A DNA stretch of 64,000 bases, taken from contig OZ024742.1 in NCBI GenBank assembly GCA_964016885.1, forward strand, positions 248,868,001 to 248,932,000, read 5' to 3'. Source of the DNA: Eledone cirrhosa (taxonomy: Eukaryota). Below the pieces are notes generated by a model, which was given only the letters and a program-made list of their open reading frames with translations, did no database searches and was not told the origin of the DNA. Every line of letters starts with the position of its first letter. Position 1 is the stretch's first letter. Below, piece by piece: positions 28,520 through 42,748 of this stretch. A program made the position numbers and the translations under genes.

Positions 28520-30545
28520 ATCAAAACTAATAATGTATATGGTATATCTAGGGATAACTATAATAACCTTATGCTTAAAGAACTAAGGAAGAAATATCGT
28601 AAAACTAACCATGACAATTTGGAATCTATAAACTTTGAAGCTTCTTAAATTATGTCAAAACTTGGCATTGAAAAAAAGACCGAACCATTCCTCCCAAGAA
28701 CTCCGAGGATAAATTTCAAGGATCATAAAAGTAATTTTCGAACGGAACTACCTGTCAGACTAATCGCCCCCTCTAAATCAGATCTGGGGGTTGTTAGTAA
28801 AGCCATCTTGGATAGAATTGTCCCACAGGTTCGTTCTAATTGCTTTATTTCTAACTTAAATTTATGGTTTGGTGCATCTGAAGTAATTGGCTGGTTCAAC
28901 AACCTGAATAAGAAAAACAAACAAAAATGTATTCAATTTGATATTGCCAGCTACTATTTCGCCTTCACTTCTCAACAATGCTCTATCTTTCGCTTTTAAA
29001 TATTCTGACATCACCACAGATGAACTTCACATCATTCTCACCGCAAGAAAAACCATCTTAGAATACAACAATGAATACTAGACTAGAGCTGATACCTCCA
29101 ACAACTTTGATATCACAATGGGTGTTTCCGATTCATCGCAATTGACTGATTTGATTGGTATTTTTATTTTGAATTCTTTAAATCGGAAAATTCCTCAACT
29201 TCGCGGTGGAATTTATCGTGACGATGGACCTTTTACTATCTTAAATTGCAATTTAGTTAACCTTAATATTATTAAGAGCAATATACGTGATCTCTTTAAG
29301 CAACATAACCTTAAAATTGAATTTGATAACAACGTCAAACAAGCTAACTTCTTGGATATATACCTTAATCTTGACACTGGCCTATATTACCCTTACCATA
29401 AAAACAATGAGAATCTAAATTATGTTAATTTTAAATCTAACCACCCCACTAACATAAAAAATGCTATAGTTAGTAATATTGGAAAAAGAATATCAAACTT
29501 ATCCTCTAATAAAAATATCTTTGATGCTAACGCCAATTACTATAATAATGCGCTTTCTAAAGCCGGTTATCCTGATAAAATTAAATACAGTAAAGAAACT
29601 AATTCTAGAAGTAAAATAATTAATTATGATCATTCCAATAACTTAAATAAAAGACCTAGATACAAAAATATAATCTGGTATAATGCTCCTTTCTCTATTT
29701 CTATTAATAATAATATTCCTAAACTATTATTTAGGGCCTTAGATAAATGCTTCCCTCCCTCACATATCTATAGTAAAATATTTAACAAACATACAATAAA
29801 ATGTTCCTATTCCACCTCCTCCAACATCTCTAACATTATCTCTAAACTCAACAATAAAATATTAAATATTAAATCACATCCTTCCAACACTGAGTGTCAT
29901 AATAATAGCAGTAGTACTCCCGACGTCATTGGTAACTCTGGGCTAGATTCTGCAAACTCAAATACGACGTCAAATGTAACTTCGTTGAATGTTTATAATA
30001 CCAATCTAAATCAGGAAACTTTTATTCCTATCGTAAATAACTTCTCCAATCCAATTCCTCCTATAAATAACACTAAGTCACTTGTTAATAAATCTGTAGT
30101 TTCTCTAATCACAATTGTAATTGCCCTGTTAAAACTAAATGTCCTCTCAATAACCATTGTCTTGAAAAAAACTTAGTCTATGAATGTAAGGTTATAATTG
30201 ATACCAATTCCTTTACCTATTTTGGTTCCACTTCTACCTCCCTTCAAAGCGAGATTTTATAATCACAATTCGTCTTTTAGATACCAACTTAAAAGAACTA
30301 ACACGGCACTCTCAGAACTCATATGGTCCTTGAAAGACAAAAATATTAAATATAACATCTCTTGGTGGAAAGTTTGTTCTGCCTCTCCCTACTTGAATGC
30401 CTCCCTATCCAGAATGTGTAATCTTTGCCTATCTGAGAAATTTACCATTATCTCTAATTTAGATTCTATAATAAATAGACGCACTGATTTATTTTCTCTC
30501 TGCTTGCATAAATTCCACATAACATTCCATAAAGTATACAGCTAA
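28520..30545 (+). pseudogene. Penelope-like reverse transcriptase + GIY-YIG endonuclease, disrupted
   Basis: KDHKSNF..RLIAPSKSDLG, IQFDIASYY, MG..DS..LTDLIG, catalytic YRDD, FLDI, YPYHK..SNHP. Linker CNCPVKTKCPLNNHC, then LVY...YFGST, FKARFYNH, CNLCLSEK..CLH. In-frame stops near 28646 and 29078 and several frameshifts. Confidence 0.95.
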
Positions 30546-30862
30546 TATCTAATACTTTACTAGTTGAAAATCCTTTTTCTCATAGGCTTATATATATTTT
30601 TTTAATATATCCATCTTTCTACCTTATTTCAATATTATTTATTATATATTATATAATACAAGTTACTCATTCTATAACATTCCTCTTTATCACTTTCCTT
30701 TTTTCCTATTTTCTTTTTTCTTTTTAATTTCTAACCTCTAATCTGTACTTTTTCTTCCTAACTACTTCTCAATTCTTATTATTACTCACCACAACATATC
30801 CACTCTTCCATCTTTCTTCACATCATTGTCCATAAAAATTATTATCATCTTTTAAATACATT

Positions 30863-31004
30863 CTAGCATAGTTACGTCCCTTTACGGTCTGAGTTCAAAT
30901 CCCGCCAAGGTTAATTTTGCCTTTCATCCATACGGGGTCGATAAAATAAAGTACCAGTAATGTACTGGATAATTGCTGGCCTTGTGCCTAAAGTAGAAAC
31001 AATT
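30863..31004 (+). mobile_element. 5'-truncated tRNA-SINE inserted in the Penelope 3' UTR
   Basis: B box, core and tail present. Confidence 0.9.
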
Positions 31005-31820
31005 ATAGTATTACCTTTAATAGTCCTTCGTAAACATAAACATTTTTTGACGTTAGATTTTTCTTCCTTATGTTTGACTTTTACATATTACATATTACAA
31101 TACATAAAAACAAACTTAAACCCTAACTAATTTCCTTTAATATATTATATTATTACCATTAGAAAATATTTCGTAAACATATATATTTTGATGTTAGATA
31201 TTTTCTTCCTTAAACATTCTTTTCTTCTTTGCTTTCTGCGCTAATTTTTAAACAAACTATTTACATATATTTCGCACATATATTACATTACATAAAAACA
31301 AACTTAAACACAAACTAATTCCTCCAAATGCATAACTCATCCACTCTTCTACTTCTTTTCACATTATATCCTTAATAACATTAATATTTTTATTTTAATA
31401 ATACATATTAACAATTTCGTTTCCTCGCACATATTATTAAACCCTTCAATATACAAACCTTAATTTAATATTATTCTTAACCCCCTTTTTCTCTTCATCA
31501 ACTTTTAATTTCAAATTCTTTTAAATTATCTATTATCTACCAACGGCTTTTTAACTTCTCTCTGTGAGAGAATATATAATTTTCTCAGTTGTAAAGGCTA
31601 TCTCTCTCTCTCTCTATCACCCATCTCTCCTCCTCTCACATCCTTCCTTCTTATACTCCTCCCCCACCATTCTTTACTCTCATCTCCTCCTCTTCCTTAC
31701 CCTTTCCACCCCCCCCTCACTTTTTCCCAATATCACACATCAATTTTAAATTATTTTTCATATGTTGATTTAAAATTTCACTATTCACAAGTTTTTTTTA
31801 ACCTTCATATCATGTATCCC

Positions 31821-31891
31821 TATTTTATCTGATGAAAACGCAGATATCATCTCATGATGATATTTGTTTTTGAAATGCGCATAATAAAATA
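31821..31891 (+). ncRNA. Intact minimal type I hammerhead ribozyme (Penelope family A)
   Basis: TATTTTAT-CTGATGA-long stem II (AAACGCAGATATCATC/GATGATATTTGTTTTT)-GAAA-TGCGCA-TA-ATAAAATA. Confidence 0.93.
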
Positions 31892-31919
31892 CTTGGAATA
31901 CTTTTAACCATCTTTTGAT

Positions 31920-32531
<612 letters not shown>

Positions 32532-32588
32532 ATATACATGTATATATATAAATACATACATATATGTGTGTGTGTGTGTGTGTGTGTG

Positions 32589-32636
<48 letters not shown>

Positions 32637-33090
32637 TATATATATTTATAGTTATATATATATGTGTGTGTGTGTGTGTGAGTGTATTTTTATAGCTACT
32701 TATGTACACAAACGCCGAACCAAGATGGCGGGATTTGATCTTAGATTATAAAAAGACGGAACAAGTATTTTAAAATTATTTACTTTGGTGCTTTAGTATC
32801 TTCGCCAATGCATCATAGAAAATAATAATATATTTTATTACATGTTTGGTATGAAGAAAACGTTTTGTTAATTTAGATAGAAATTCGGAATTTACTATCA
32901 TAAATCTATGAAGAATAAAACGCATCCTACGTGCGATGTGTGTAATGGAAAAATTAAAATGCATCTAATCTCTGTTTTCAATTGGTTGCGATAATCTGAT
33001 AAATCAAATTGATTGTATAACATTGATAAAGGTTAAGAAACACACACACGTATGGGAATAGGAAATTGTCAGCTATCTCACTCACTTTCT

Positions 33091-33146
<56 letters not shown>

Positions 33147-33745
33147 CTCTTATTCTTTTACTCTCATTCTCTTCGAGTGTGCTCGAAATAATGTCATAAA
33201 TATGCCTTATACATACTTATGCTACACAATTGTGCATATGATGTCTCATTTGCTATAAATTTCCGGATTTTAACATTCTTATCAACTGTCTTTGTGGATA
33301 TTGTTACTGCTTGATGGAGAAAATAAAATGGTAAAATGAGACACTATCATTTTGTCAGTCTTATAATATATATATATGAATATATATGTATATACACATA
33401 CATATATTTATACATATATATATACATGTATGTGTGCATGTGTGTGTGAGTGTGTGTGTATGTATGTGTGTGTGTATGTGTGAGTGTGTACGTGTGTGTA
33501 CGGTGTGTATTTCAGTGCGTACCAGTGCGTACCTTTGTGAAGCTATAACTGAGAGGAGGTTATATCTGGGCATGAAACATTACTTCATTACGCACACACA
33601 CATGCACACCCCCCATATATATATATATATATATATATTGCGATGAAATACCAATGATGGTTGGCAAATCACTGATGAGGGACTAATTTTATAATATGTA
33701 ACCCATGTGCAACCACGCAGTTTTCCTCTTTCTTCCCATGTTTTT

Positions 33746-33778
<33 letters not shown>

Positions 33779-33896
33779 GTGTGTGTGTATGTGTGTATAT
33801 GTGAGTGTGTGTGTGAGTGTGTGTGTATAAAATCTCAAGTTCTAGCCTTGTAACCAGAGTTAAAAAAGGTACTCATTACACAATACATAGGTAGAG

Positions 33897-33991
<95 letters not shown>

Positions 33992-34311
33992 ATATGTATG
34001 TATATGCATGTATATATCAAAGGAGGTGTTTCATTTACAAACGTGCATGTAGTAGCGAAACATAAATAGAATGAGAATATAATATAGATTACATGTGAAA
34101 TATAATTTTTCGAAAAGAAAAGGTGACAGTGACTTCGAAGTATTGGGCGTGTTGCGTCTTTAGACTGCGAGGTGGGTTTGTTTTAGTTTACTGGCATGGT
34201 TAGTACTAGTAATTAGGTGCGGCGCAACCTGTTGCAGTAGGTATACTTATAACGCAAACTTGCACTGTAATTGTGCTTAATAAAATAAGTATATATATAT
34301 ATGTGTGTGTG

Positions 34312-34381
<70 letters not shown>

Positions 34382-34408
34382 TTATATATATATAATATAT
34401 TTATATAT

Positions 34409-34466
<58 letters not shown>

Positions 34467-34581
34467 TATATATATATATATTGTTATATATATATATAAA
34501 TACATATTATATATATATATATAAATATATATTATATATATATATATATATATAATTATATATATATTTTCTCTACGCTAG

Positions 34582-34734
34582 AACTTGATAATTCGATATA
34601 TTCACGGAAAAAGTTTGTGAAAAGCAGATATTCCAGGAGGAGACGAAAGAAAAGATCTCCCTTTTTAGACACATCAGCATCGAAAATCCCCGAAGAAGAA
34701 TCAGAAGCCACAACACATTTTGTCAATAATCGCG
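34582..34734 (+). CDS. Putative internal exon (phase 1 to 1): LDNSIYSRKKFVKSRYSRRRRKKRSPFLDTSASKIPEEESEATTHFVNNR
   Basis: Acceptor TTTTCTCTACGCTAG, donor G|GTAAGT, 153 bp open frame, polybasic RRRRKKR. Confidence 0.72.
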
Positions 34735-34959
34735 GTAAGTACTCTGCATGAACAAATTTCATTATAATAAAATAATGGCAGCACTAGCCCCTTAAAACAT
34801 TTTTATGTTTATTTTTCTTTTTTTATAATTTTTCATCTATATATTCATCACTAAGTTGTGTAGTATATCTTGTTTCATATACATTCTTGTGTTTGCTATG
34901 TTATTTATTTATCTATTTTGTTTTCATGCATACATATATAACAGTACAATGAACTGGAT

Positions 34960-35270
34960 CTTCGTCGGTTACGACGGTGATTGTTCCAGAGGATACGATC
35001 TATGGGTCAGCCTGCTCATAGATTAACGTGCAAGTGACTGAACCTTCCACTGACATGCGAACCATTTATGGAGATGTCAGGCTCATTTAGCTTGACACCG
35101 AATGGAAAATTGGTTGCCTTTCAAATGACAGGTACAACTGATTTTTGCCAACTGATTGGAATGGATCAGCCTGAAATAAAGAATCTTTCTGAAAGACCAC
35201 CACCTGGAATCGAACTTACGATCTTACGATCATGAGACGATTACACTAACCACTAACCACGAGCCTTCAC
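34960..35270 (-). mobile_element. Second, older tRNA-SINE family (also 36698-36900 plus, 41890-42115 minus)
   Basis: tRNA-like head (TAGTGGTTAG..GTTCGATTCC) and a shared TGTCCTTGAGCAAGACACTTTATTTCACGTTG-like core in the better-preserved copies. Confidence 0.65.
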
Positions 35271-35844
35271 TGCTGCACAATAACATACCTGTATAAATAC
35301 ATGAAATTTGAGGGACTCTTTTTGTAGTGGCCCAGTTCACAAGATATAACAACTAAATCTCCCTCAAATTAAACACTATTCTCTGAACGTAAAATGAATC
35401 AGATGTTGAACGATCTAGATGAAATAAAAAATACATAGAGCTAAACAGCAATACAGAGAAGGTCGAATTGAGAGGCAGCTTTTGTGCAAATCGAGTGATT
35501 ACGTGAAGGCAAAGTAGATAATTCGGGAATAAACGATATACATCGTTGACAAAGTTAAATTAAATAAATTTCACGAATTTATTTTTCGAGCATTTACGAA
35601 CTTGAACCTTTCTGATATGATATTGCGATAAATGCTATAAGGTCGTGTAGCCTGCACCGAATACCCACACGAAGATCACATGCTACAAAGCGAACACCCT
35701 TTCAACAACAACCGTATCGTTGGCTAATACAGTATTTTTAATGAAATAATGGAGCAAAAGCTACGGTCTTGATAGGCCTGCTAAAAATAGGCGACAAATT
35801 CTCACAATATCATATTCTATTATCTTCAGAAAGGAAGGACTCAT

Positions 35845-35904
<60 letters not shown>

Positions 35905-35905
<1 letters not shown>

Positions 35906-36285
35906 CGTTTCTGAATTTGTTTAGCAAGATTCTTTATCTGAAATCGTGTGTTGAAACCGATATTGTTATACTTTGGGAGGGTGATGTTGCCAATAAGAAA
36001 CACACGCACCAGTTGAATTCACTTCAATTTATTATAATAAATTTATAATAAATTTATAAATTTATAAATTTCTGGTTGGTTGGTTCCACAACCAGATAGT
36101 TGTTTATATATTGTCATAGTTCTTTCGTCACACACTCTGTGACCTCTTCAGTGACTGGGGATTCCTTTCTTTGTTTCTGTATAATTTATAAATTTATTAT
36201 AAATGTATCATAATAAATTGAAGTGAAAGCAACTGGTGCATGTGTTTCTTATTGGCAACATGACCCTCCCAAAGTATAACAATAT
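35905..36285. mobile_element. Fold-back unit: about 115-bp inverted arms around a spacer containing an HHR, plus tail
   Basis: 35960-36070 is the reverse complement of 36180-36285. Confidence 0.85.
36113..36155 (-). ncRNA. Type I hammerhead ribozyme motif
   Basis: GTCA-CTGAAGA-G-GTCACA(GAGTG)TGTGAC-GAAA-GAAC-TA-TGAC. Confidence 0.8.
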
Positions 36286-36335
36286 ATATATATACATATA
36301 TATATATACATATATATACATATATATATATATAT

Positions 36336-36489
<154 letters not shown>

Positions 36490-36563
36490 TTATATATATA
36501 TGTATATATATACATATATATAAGTATATATATATATATATATATATGCAACATGTGCATACT

Positions 36564-36641
<78 letters not shown>

Positions 36642-36984
36642 TAAAATAAAATAAAATAAAATAAAATAAAAAAATATATATATATTTATATGTGTGAAGG
36701 CGTGTAGCTGAGTGGTTAGAGAATTGGATTCACAATGTTGAGGTTGTGAATTCGATTCCTGGACCGGGCAATGCGTTATGTCCTTGAGCAAGACACTTTA
36801 TTTCACGTTGCCCCTTCTACCTGGAGTTGCGACCGATAGATAGTACTAGCAACTGGAAAGACCAACGGAAACATCGTTTCCTCGGTCCGATTTGACGAAA
36901 GTCGATCGATCCTTTATATATATATATATATGTGTGTGTGTATGTGTGTGTGTGTGTGAGTGTGTATACATATATATCATCGCC

Positions 36985-37785
36985 CGACGCGCATCTCGGG
37001 CAGGCCCGGCTGTAAAGTTTATCTCGAACTGGCAACGTTCCCCGGTAACACTACCAGTACAGGGATTTCTGGAAGTTATCCATTGGCCCTGGATAGAAAG
37101 TCCTCCCGAAGAGATAAGCTAGTTGGTTTTCGCCGACAACCAGAGTTTCCACAAGGACATCATCGCTCTTATCCTCCACTAACCCTCTATAGAACGAGAA
37201 GGTGGAGGCTCCACAGATTCAATCACCGGACTTATTGAGGTCTGTGAGCGCCTGAAGACATTCCAGTCTCCTAGCGCTTCCTCTCCGTTTTCGCTTTACC
37301 TAGGACTGCAGCTCCGTCGTGGATACGAGCTGGGGAAAAACAAGTCTATTGAAGGTGACAACACCTGTTCACCATCGAGGAAGAGGTGTAGATGCTGTAG
37401 CCTCAGTGCATCTCTGTACATCATCAGCCACAGCATGCCCAGCGCTCCGCGTAGCGGGTGTTGACAGTAGACCATCGGAACACGTCCCTACCACAAAAGG
37501 CGAAAGAGAAAATGCTTCAGCGCAGTCAGGTGACGCTTAGGACAAGGCACGCGTTCGCCACTTCCACTCGACCTGTCAGGAATACCTTCCTCTCGGCGCA
37601 ATTCTGGGTGAGAGAGGCCACCCTGCACGTCACCACGTCCCAGGTTTTGTCTGTCTGGAGGTCCGGACCGAAGTAGACCCCTAGCAATTTAACTGGTCCG
37701 TCCGTCCAGGGCCCGATGACGTTGTTGGACGGCATGGACCTGCCTCTCCAGTTGCCGAGCCGCAGGCCCACCGACTTTTCCAGAG
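36985..37785 (-). mobile_element. L1/Tx1-clade LINE ORF2 fragment (post-RT region)
   Basis: GLRLGNW..WTDGPVKLLGVYFGPDLQTDKTWDVVTCRVASLTQNCAERKVFLTGRVEVANA, ending LPVRDKLY..CPRC. Confidence 0.85.
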
Positions 37786-37839
37786 CTCATATTCAGGAAA
37801 AAGAAAGACAGGACAGAACGATAATGTGTGGGGCTTTTT

Positions 37840-38465
37840 TTGTGTAAAATAAAATTTATAACATAGGCTAAGTAAATATTAATTTAAAAAGAAACATAAC
37901 AAATATCCCAACTTTGAGAAGACTCCAAGGGTCACTCGTGGAGAAATTCCACACAAGCCACGGTCACCCTCTCTGCTAGAGCAAAGTGGCCTCTCCAGTT
38001 TTTCGCCTCCAATCTACCGGCGTATGATCAAGGCAGGCCCATTCACTCGAATCATGCTCGCCACAACAAGCTGGTTGAGATGCATCATTTCCCTGTCGAA
38101 CCTAATTTTTCTCTTCAAGTGAAACCTGAAAAATGTAATCATGGCTTTACCGAAGGGGAATATTCAACCATTTCACACGCGTCCACCACACGACCTCTTT
38201 CGCTATGGCCACCAGGCAGATGAAAACTCACTTCCTCCCCCTCTAAAGGAAGACAGTGGGACGATCTTCAAAATCGACTCGGTTGATAGTCGAATATGAC
38301 CTACACAGGACAGCAGGTGCTCGACATAAACCCATAGGTTAGCAATATTCGGACACTCGACGAAGGCGTGCAGGGTGGTTTCGCACCTTGGACAGGCCCG
38401 GCCTGTGGCACTTCTAAGCTTGTAGAGTTTATCTCGAACTGGCAAATCTCCTCGGTAGAACTGCC
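37840..38465 (-). mobile_element. L1/Tx1-clade LINE 3' end with CCHC knuckle
   Basis: LPVRDKLYKL..ACPRCETTLHAFVECPNIANLW followed by a 3' UTR with AATAAA-like/A-rich sequence. Confidence 0.85.
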
Positions 38466-38524
38466 AATAATATTGTCAAGGAAAAAAGATCGTGCCTGAT
38501 TGTAAATATAGCCGTCTCTTTCAC

Positions 38525-38785
38525 GCAAGAGTGCAAGAAAACGAGAAAATGAGGAGGAGCAGATTAACCGATACTAGGATTTGAAGTGGGAATTAAAAAG
38601 GATTTGAGAATGTCATGATATCCAGGTCGTCCCGATTATCATACGATCACCAGGTACTATCTCGAAGAGTTTTCAAGGAGGTTAAAGAACATTAGTCCAG
38701 CCCCCTTCTTTGGAACACTTCAAAAGATTTTCCTGTTGGGAACAGCAAGAACCCTCTGACATGTCCTGAATATCTGAGGCTGCAA
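38525..38785 (+). mobile_element. RLE-type (R4/Dong/Hero-like) non-LTR retrotransposon C-terminal fragment
   Basis: ENEEEQINRY*DLKWELKRI*ECHDIQVVPIIIRSPGTISK..LQKIFLLGTARTL, matching the KxxKYxxL..VVPxxIGxLG..LQKxxLLGTA motif. Confidence 0.8.
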
Positions 38786-38839
38786 GTAAATGTTCAATTG
38801 AACAAACTTTCCAGAATGAAAAAATCCTGACCAGGATTT

Positions 38840-38899
38840 TTTCATTCTGAAGATTGAAAGCAACATTTTTTGCTTTTAAGAAACCACTGGTAAATGGAA
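38840..38899 (+). ncRNA. Intact type I hammerhead ribozyme
   Basis: TTTCATT-CTGAAGA-TTGAAAGCAA(CATTTT)TTGCTTTTAA-GAAA-CCACTGG-TA-AATGGAA. Preceded by a snap-back hairpin at 38812-38849. Confidence 0.9.
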
Positions 38900-38924
38900 T
38901 AATTGCCTTATGTTGTTTATTACA

Positions 38925-38995
<71 letters not shown>

Positions 38996-39728
38996 TATAG
39001 AGTAAAGCATGTCCAGAGAATTATTTGATAATATATATACATCATCTCTACTCCCAATCAGCATAATTAACCACACAAAAAATCAATTAGACCAGGCTAT
39101 AAGAATAAAAGGCATCTACGAAGAAACAGTAAATAAATACGCCACAGCGGCGTCTTCGTGCACAACCGCTATAGAATATTTACCCAACATTTCAACAGCA
39201 CGTGGAAATTAATTAAATATACGGTCAACCATACATAATTAGGTAAAATTAAAGTTAGAAATGCTTATATACATACCAGGATTAAATCACTAAATCCCGA
39301 CCCATGGGTTTCACTCATTTTTGAGAAACCTTATTAAGGATAAATCTCGAGTTTTAGAGCTCTTCAGGGGACAAACTCGCTATGACAGATTATTTTTCGA
39401 AGTGGCCCCCGCCAAACACGAATTCAAAATGGTTGATAACTATGACGTTTCAGTGGTCAAGTCAGGAAGGGTGTGATTGGTTGCTTACGGTACGGCGAGT
39501 GGGTTGGTTGCTAGAAAGCGCAGCCCATTATCGCCAAAATTGTATCTCAATTGTATCTTATGGGAGATTATTAAATATAAATATTTACACATACACCAAT
39601 TAAACAAAGTCACAGGTATATATGTGTTATTCACGATGTGGCTCAATGAAGAATTAATAAATTAAACAATCAGAGCAATTGTGTATTGTTAATTGGTGTA
39701 TGTATAAATATTTATATATATATATTTG

Positions 39729-39780
<52 letters not shown>

Positions 39781-39976
39781 GTTAATCTGTTTAGTTTCCT
39801 TCGTTTTTTGGGGGTCTCCGGTTGCTGATAGCTTCACGACCACCGTTTTCATTTTGCCTGGACTCTATAACGTATGTTAATTGCTCTGGTCTTCTTTTAG
39901 TTCATTGAGCGCTTGCCGCATATCTCGAAGATGCGCTTCGCTTTGTTTTGGGCCACCTCCCAAATGCGATGTCGCT

Positions 39977-40034
<58 letters not shown>

Positions 40035-40554
40035 GATAATAAAGTGAACAGTGCGGGACTACGTACGGTTTATTTCTTTGAATGCAGTTAGTAAAATAAG
40101 TTGGATTACTTTGAATAGATAATGAATGAATATTACATAATTTATGTTCTAAATTTCTTAACTATTGATTAAATTTAATATAAATAATGTTATTGCTTAT
40201 TTAAAATTGACTTCTTTTCAAAGTTTCAAATTTCTACACTTCCGGTATATCGCCGCTACCACCACCACTTCAACTACCATATATATATAGAAGAGCGTGT
40301 GTGTGATTAGAGAGATACAGATAGATAGAGTGATTATGTGACAGATATATATATAGAGAGATATACATGTATATGTATGAGTATATCACTATAATCACGC
40401 AAACACATACATTCACACATATACATTTACACACATACACACGTATTCAGTCATACAATCATGATAGCGTTCGATGAATTGGAAATGGGAGAATGAAGTT
40501 CAACTTTTTATTTATTTATTAACAACACAGTCTCAGCATTCAGCAATCAGAGAA

Positions 40555-41030
40555 AGGGGGTAGGTGTAAAAGCCAAACTCGCTGTCTTCCTGGTAATCCT
40601 GCTAACTCTTCCGAGGGTCATGAATCTTGGGTAATGACCAAAAGAATACAATTGCAAATAAAAGCGGCAGAAATTCGGTTCCTCTGAAGGGTCTTTAGAG
40701 TAACGTTACTCGATAAAGTGCATAGCTCAGAGAGCAGTGAGTCACTCCTGGTAGAGCCGCTACTTCTCCGAATTGAGAGATCACAACTCCGATATTATGA
40801 GCATGTGGTTAGAATTTCTCAGTAAAAATTCGCTGGACATATTTTACAGGCAAAACCAACTGTCAAGAGACCCAGGGGTAGACCCTGAGATAGATAGTTA
40901 GATAACATCCATGAGATTGGCTGGTCATGCTTTGGGATCCATCTGGATCAGTTAGAGATGTTTGCTTCTGACAGACTCGCTGGAAGGAGTGTTTAAGAAA
41001 AACTCTACTTCCACGACACTCTCAGAAATA
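40555..41030 (+). mobile_element. Expander/Rex3-like RTE LINE 3' fragment
   Basis: KAKLAVF..MTKRIQLQIKAAEIRFL*RV..VEPLLLRIERSQLRYYEHVVRI..KPTVKRPRGRP. Confidence 0.85.
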
Positions 41031-41192
41031 AGATATTGCCAATTTACTTTTCAATTTACATATATCTATCCGAAAAACTCAGATTACATTTATTGTATTC
41101 AGCCATTCAGAGCGAAATTTTTTTTTATTATTATTATTTGAATATAGCAAAACCAGCCATTAATCGCTTGTATACAGGAAATTGACTGGCCA

Positions 41193-41282
41193 GTCTGCTC
41201 ATATGCAAATCTGGCTGATCAATGGATCTGCTAATATGCAGATTTGACTGATCAGCGAGTCTGCTAATATGCAAATCAGGCT
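41193..41282 (+). promoter_or_regulatory. Three 33-bp units, each with an octamer (ATGCAAAT 41203, ATGCAGAT 41236, ATGCAAAT 41269)
   Basis: TCTGCT(C/A)ATATGCA(A/G)AT repeated at a 33-bp period upstream of the HHR. Function is inferred only. Confidence 0.5.
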
Positions 41283-41352
41283 AGTCAGTCACTGTATATT
41301 TTAGAAAATATCATATATTTTCACTAGCTCTGACGGTTGGCAGATGAACAGT

Positions 41353-41402
41353 GAACTGTACTGATGAAGGGTAATACGCAGAAACATTAGTGTCTGCAGT
41401 TC
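41353..41402 (+). ncRNA. Type I hammerhead ribozyme (family E)
   Basis: GAACTGTA-CTGATGA-AGGGTAATACGCA-GAAA-CATTAGTG-TC-TGCAGTTC. 8-bp stem I and GUC cleavage triplet; stem II is weakened. Confidence 0.85.
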
Positions 41403-41514
41403 TGTTTGCATGCATGCAAACACAAGAGCAAAAACAAGGGGCTTATTCTACTGACAGTGCTTTAAAAAAGGGGCTTGTTTGCATAATTGCAAACGAATCG
41501 AATGTCATTATCAA

Positions 41515-41701
41515 TGGTGGATTGGCAGTATCGGTAGAGGGTCGAACGCCATGCTTTGACGCATAGAGTTACGGCCCTTGCCATTCTAAGTTCAAATCCC
41601 GCCGAGGTTAATTTTGCCTTTCAACCTTACGGGGTCGATAAAATAAAGTACCAGTAATACACTGTATAATTTCTGGCCTTGAGCCAAATGTAAAAACAAT
41701 T
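41515..41701 (+). mobile_element. tRNA-derived SINE
   Basis: Consensus match. Confidence 0.9.
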
Positions 41702-42614
41702 ATTAATATTTGAAAAACTCATCATTACATTTAATGTATTCAGCCATGTAGAGCGATTTTTTTTATGCATATATATTTGCGTATAATACCCATATACACA
41801 CTACATATGCTAGCAGAAAACTGTCCAGGGGTGGCTTTTCTGCTAGTATATAAAACTGTCAATACATTGCTTACGACTACCCATGTGATCAATCGGACAG
41901 CCAGCTCATGAAACTTAATTGCAAGAGGCGGAGCATTCCACAGTCATGCATACATTTAATATATTTCTCACAGACATTCACCGTAACACAAAGCTGGCCC
42001 ATCGAATTAGAGGTACAATTCATTTTCGCCAAATGCGTGGATTTGGGCACCGTCAAATAAAGTCTCTTGCTCGAGTACACAACACACAACTGGGAGTCGA
42101 ATGCTCGACCTTACGATATAAATATATATATATATATATGTGTGTATGTGTGTTGTGTGTGTGTGTGTGCGGGTGTGTGTGCATGTATGTGTGTGTGTGC
42201 ATGTATGTGTCTGCGTGTGTATGTGTGTGTGTGCATGTGTGCATGTGAGTGTTTGTGTGTGTGTCAGCGAGTGTGTGTGTGTGTGCATATGTGTGTATAT
42301 GTGTATGTGCATGTGTGTGTTTGTGTGTGTGTATGTATGTGTATGTATGTGTGTGTATGTGTGTGTGTGCGTGTGTGTGTATGTGTGTGAATGTGTGTGT
42401 GTCTGCGAGTGTGTGTGTTTGCATGTGTGTGTATGTGTATGTGTATGTGTGTGCGTGTGCGCGTGCATGTGTATGTGTGCGTGTGAGTATGTGTGTGTAT
42501 TTGAGGTGTTCGAACTCTGGCATAGATATATGTGATTGCGACACATGAATTTTGTTTAGCCCACCCATAAGCGAAAGAAAATGTTCACCCTTCTTCACGA
42601 AAATCCCAAAATAT

Positions 42615-42748
42615 AATTGTTTCTACTTTTGGCACAAGGCCAGCAAATATCCCAGTGTATTACTGCTACTTTATTTTATCGACCCCATAAGGATGAAAGG
42701 CAAGGTTAACCTCGGCGGAATTTGATCTCAGACCATAAAGGGCCGTAA
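42615..42748 (-). mobile_element. 5'-truncated tRNA-derived SINE
   Basis: Core and tail; TSD AATCC(C/A)AAAATATAAT. Confidence 0.9.

Larger units (their letters stand above)
41072..41765 (+). mobile_element. Family E: non-coding element with ~50-bp terminal direct repeats, octamer array and HHR; interrupted by a SINE
   Basis: GAAAAACTCA..ATTACATTTA(T/A)TGTATTCAGCCAT..AGAGCGA occurs at 41072 and 41712. Confidence 0.6.
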
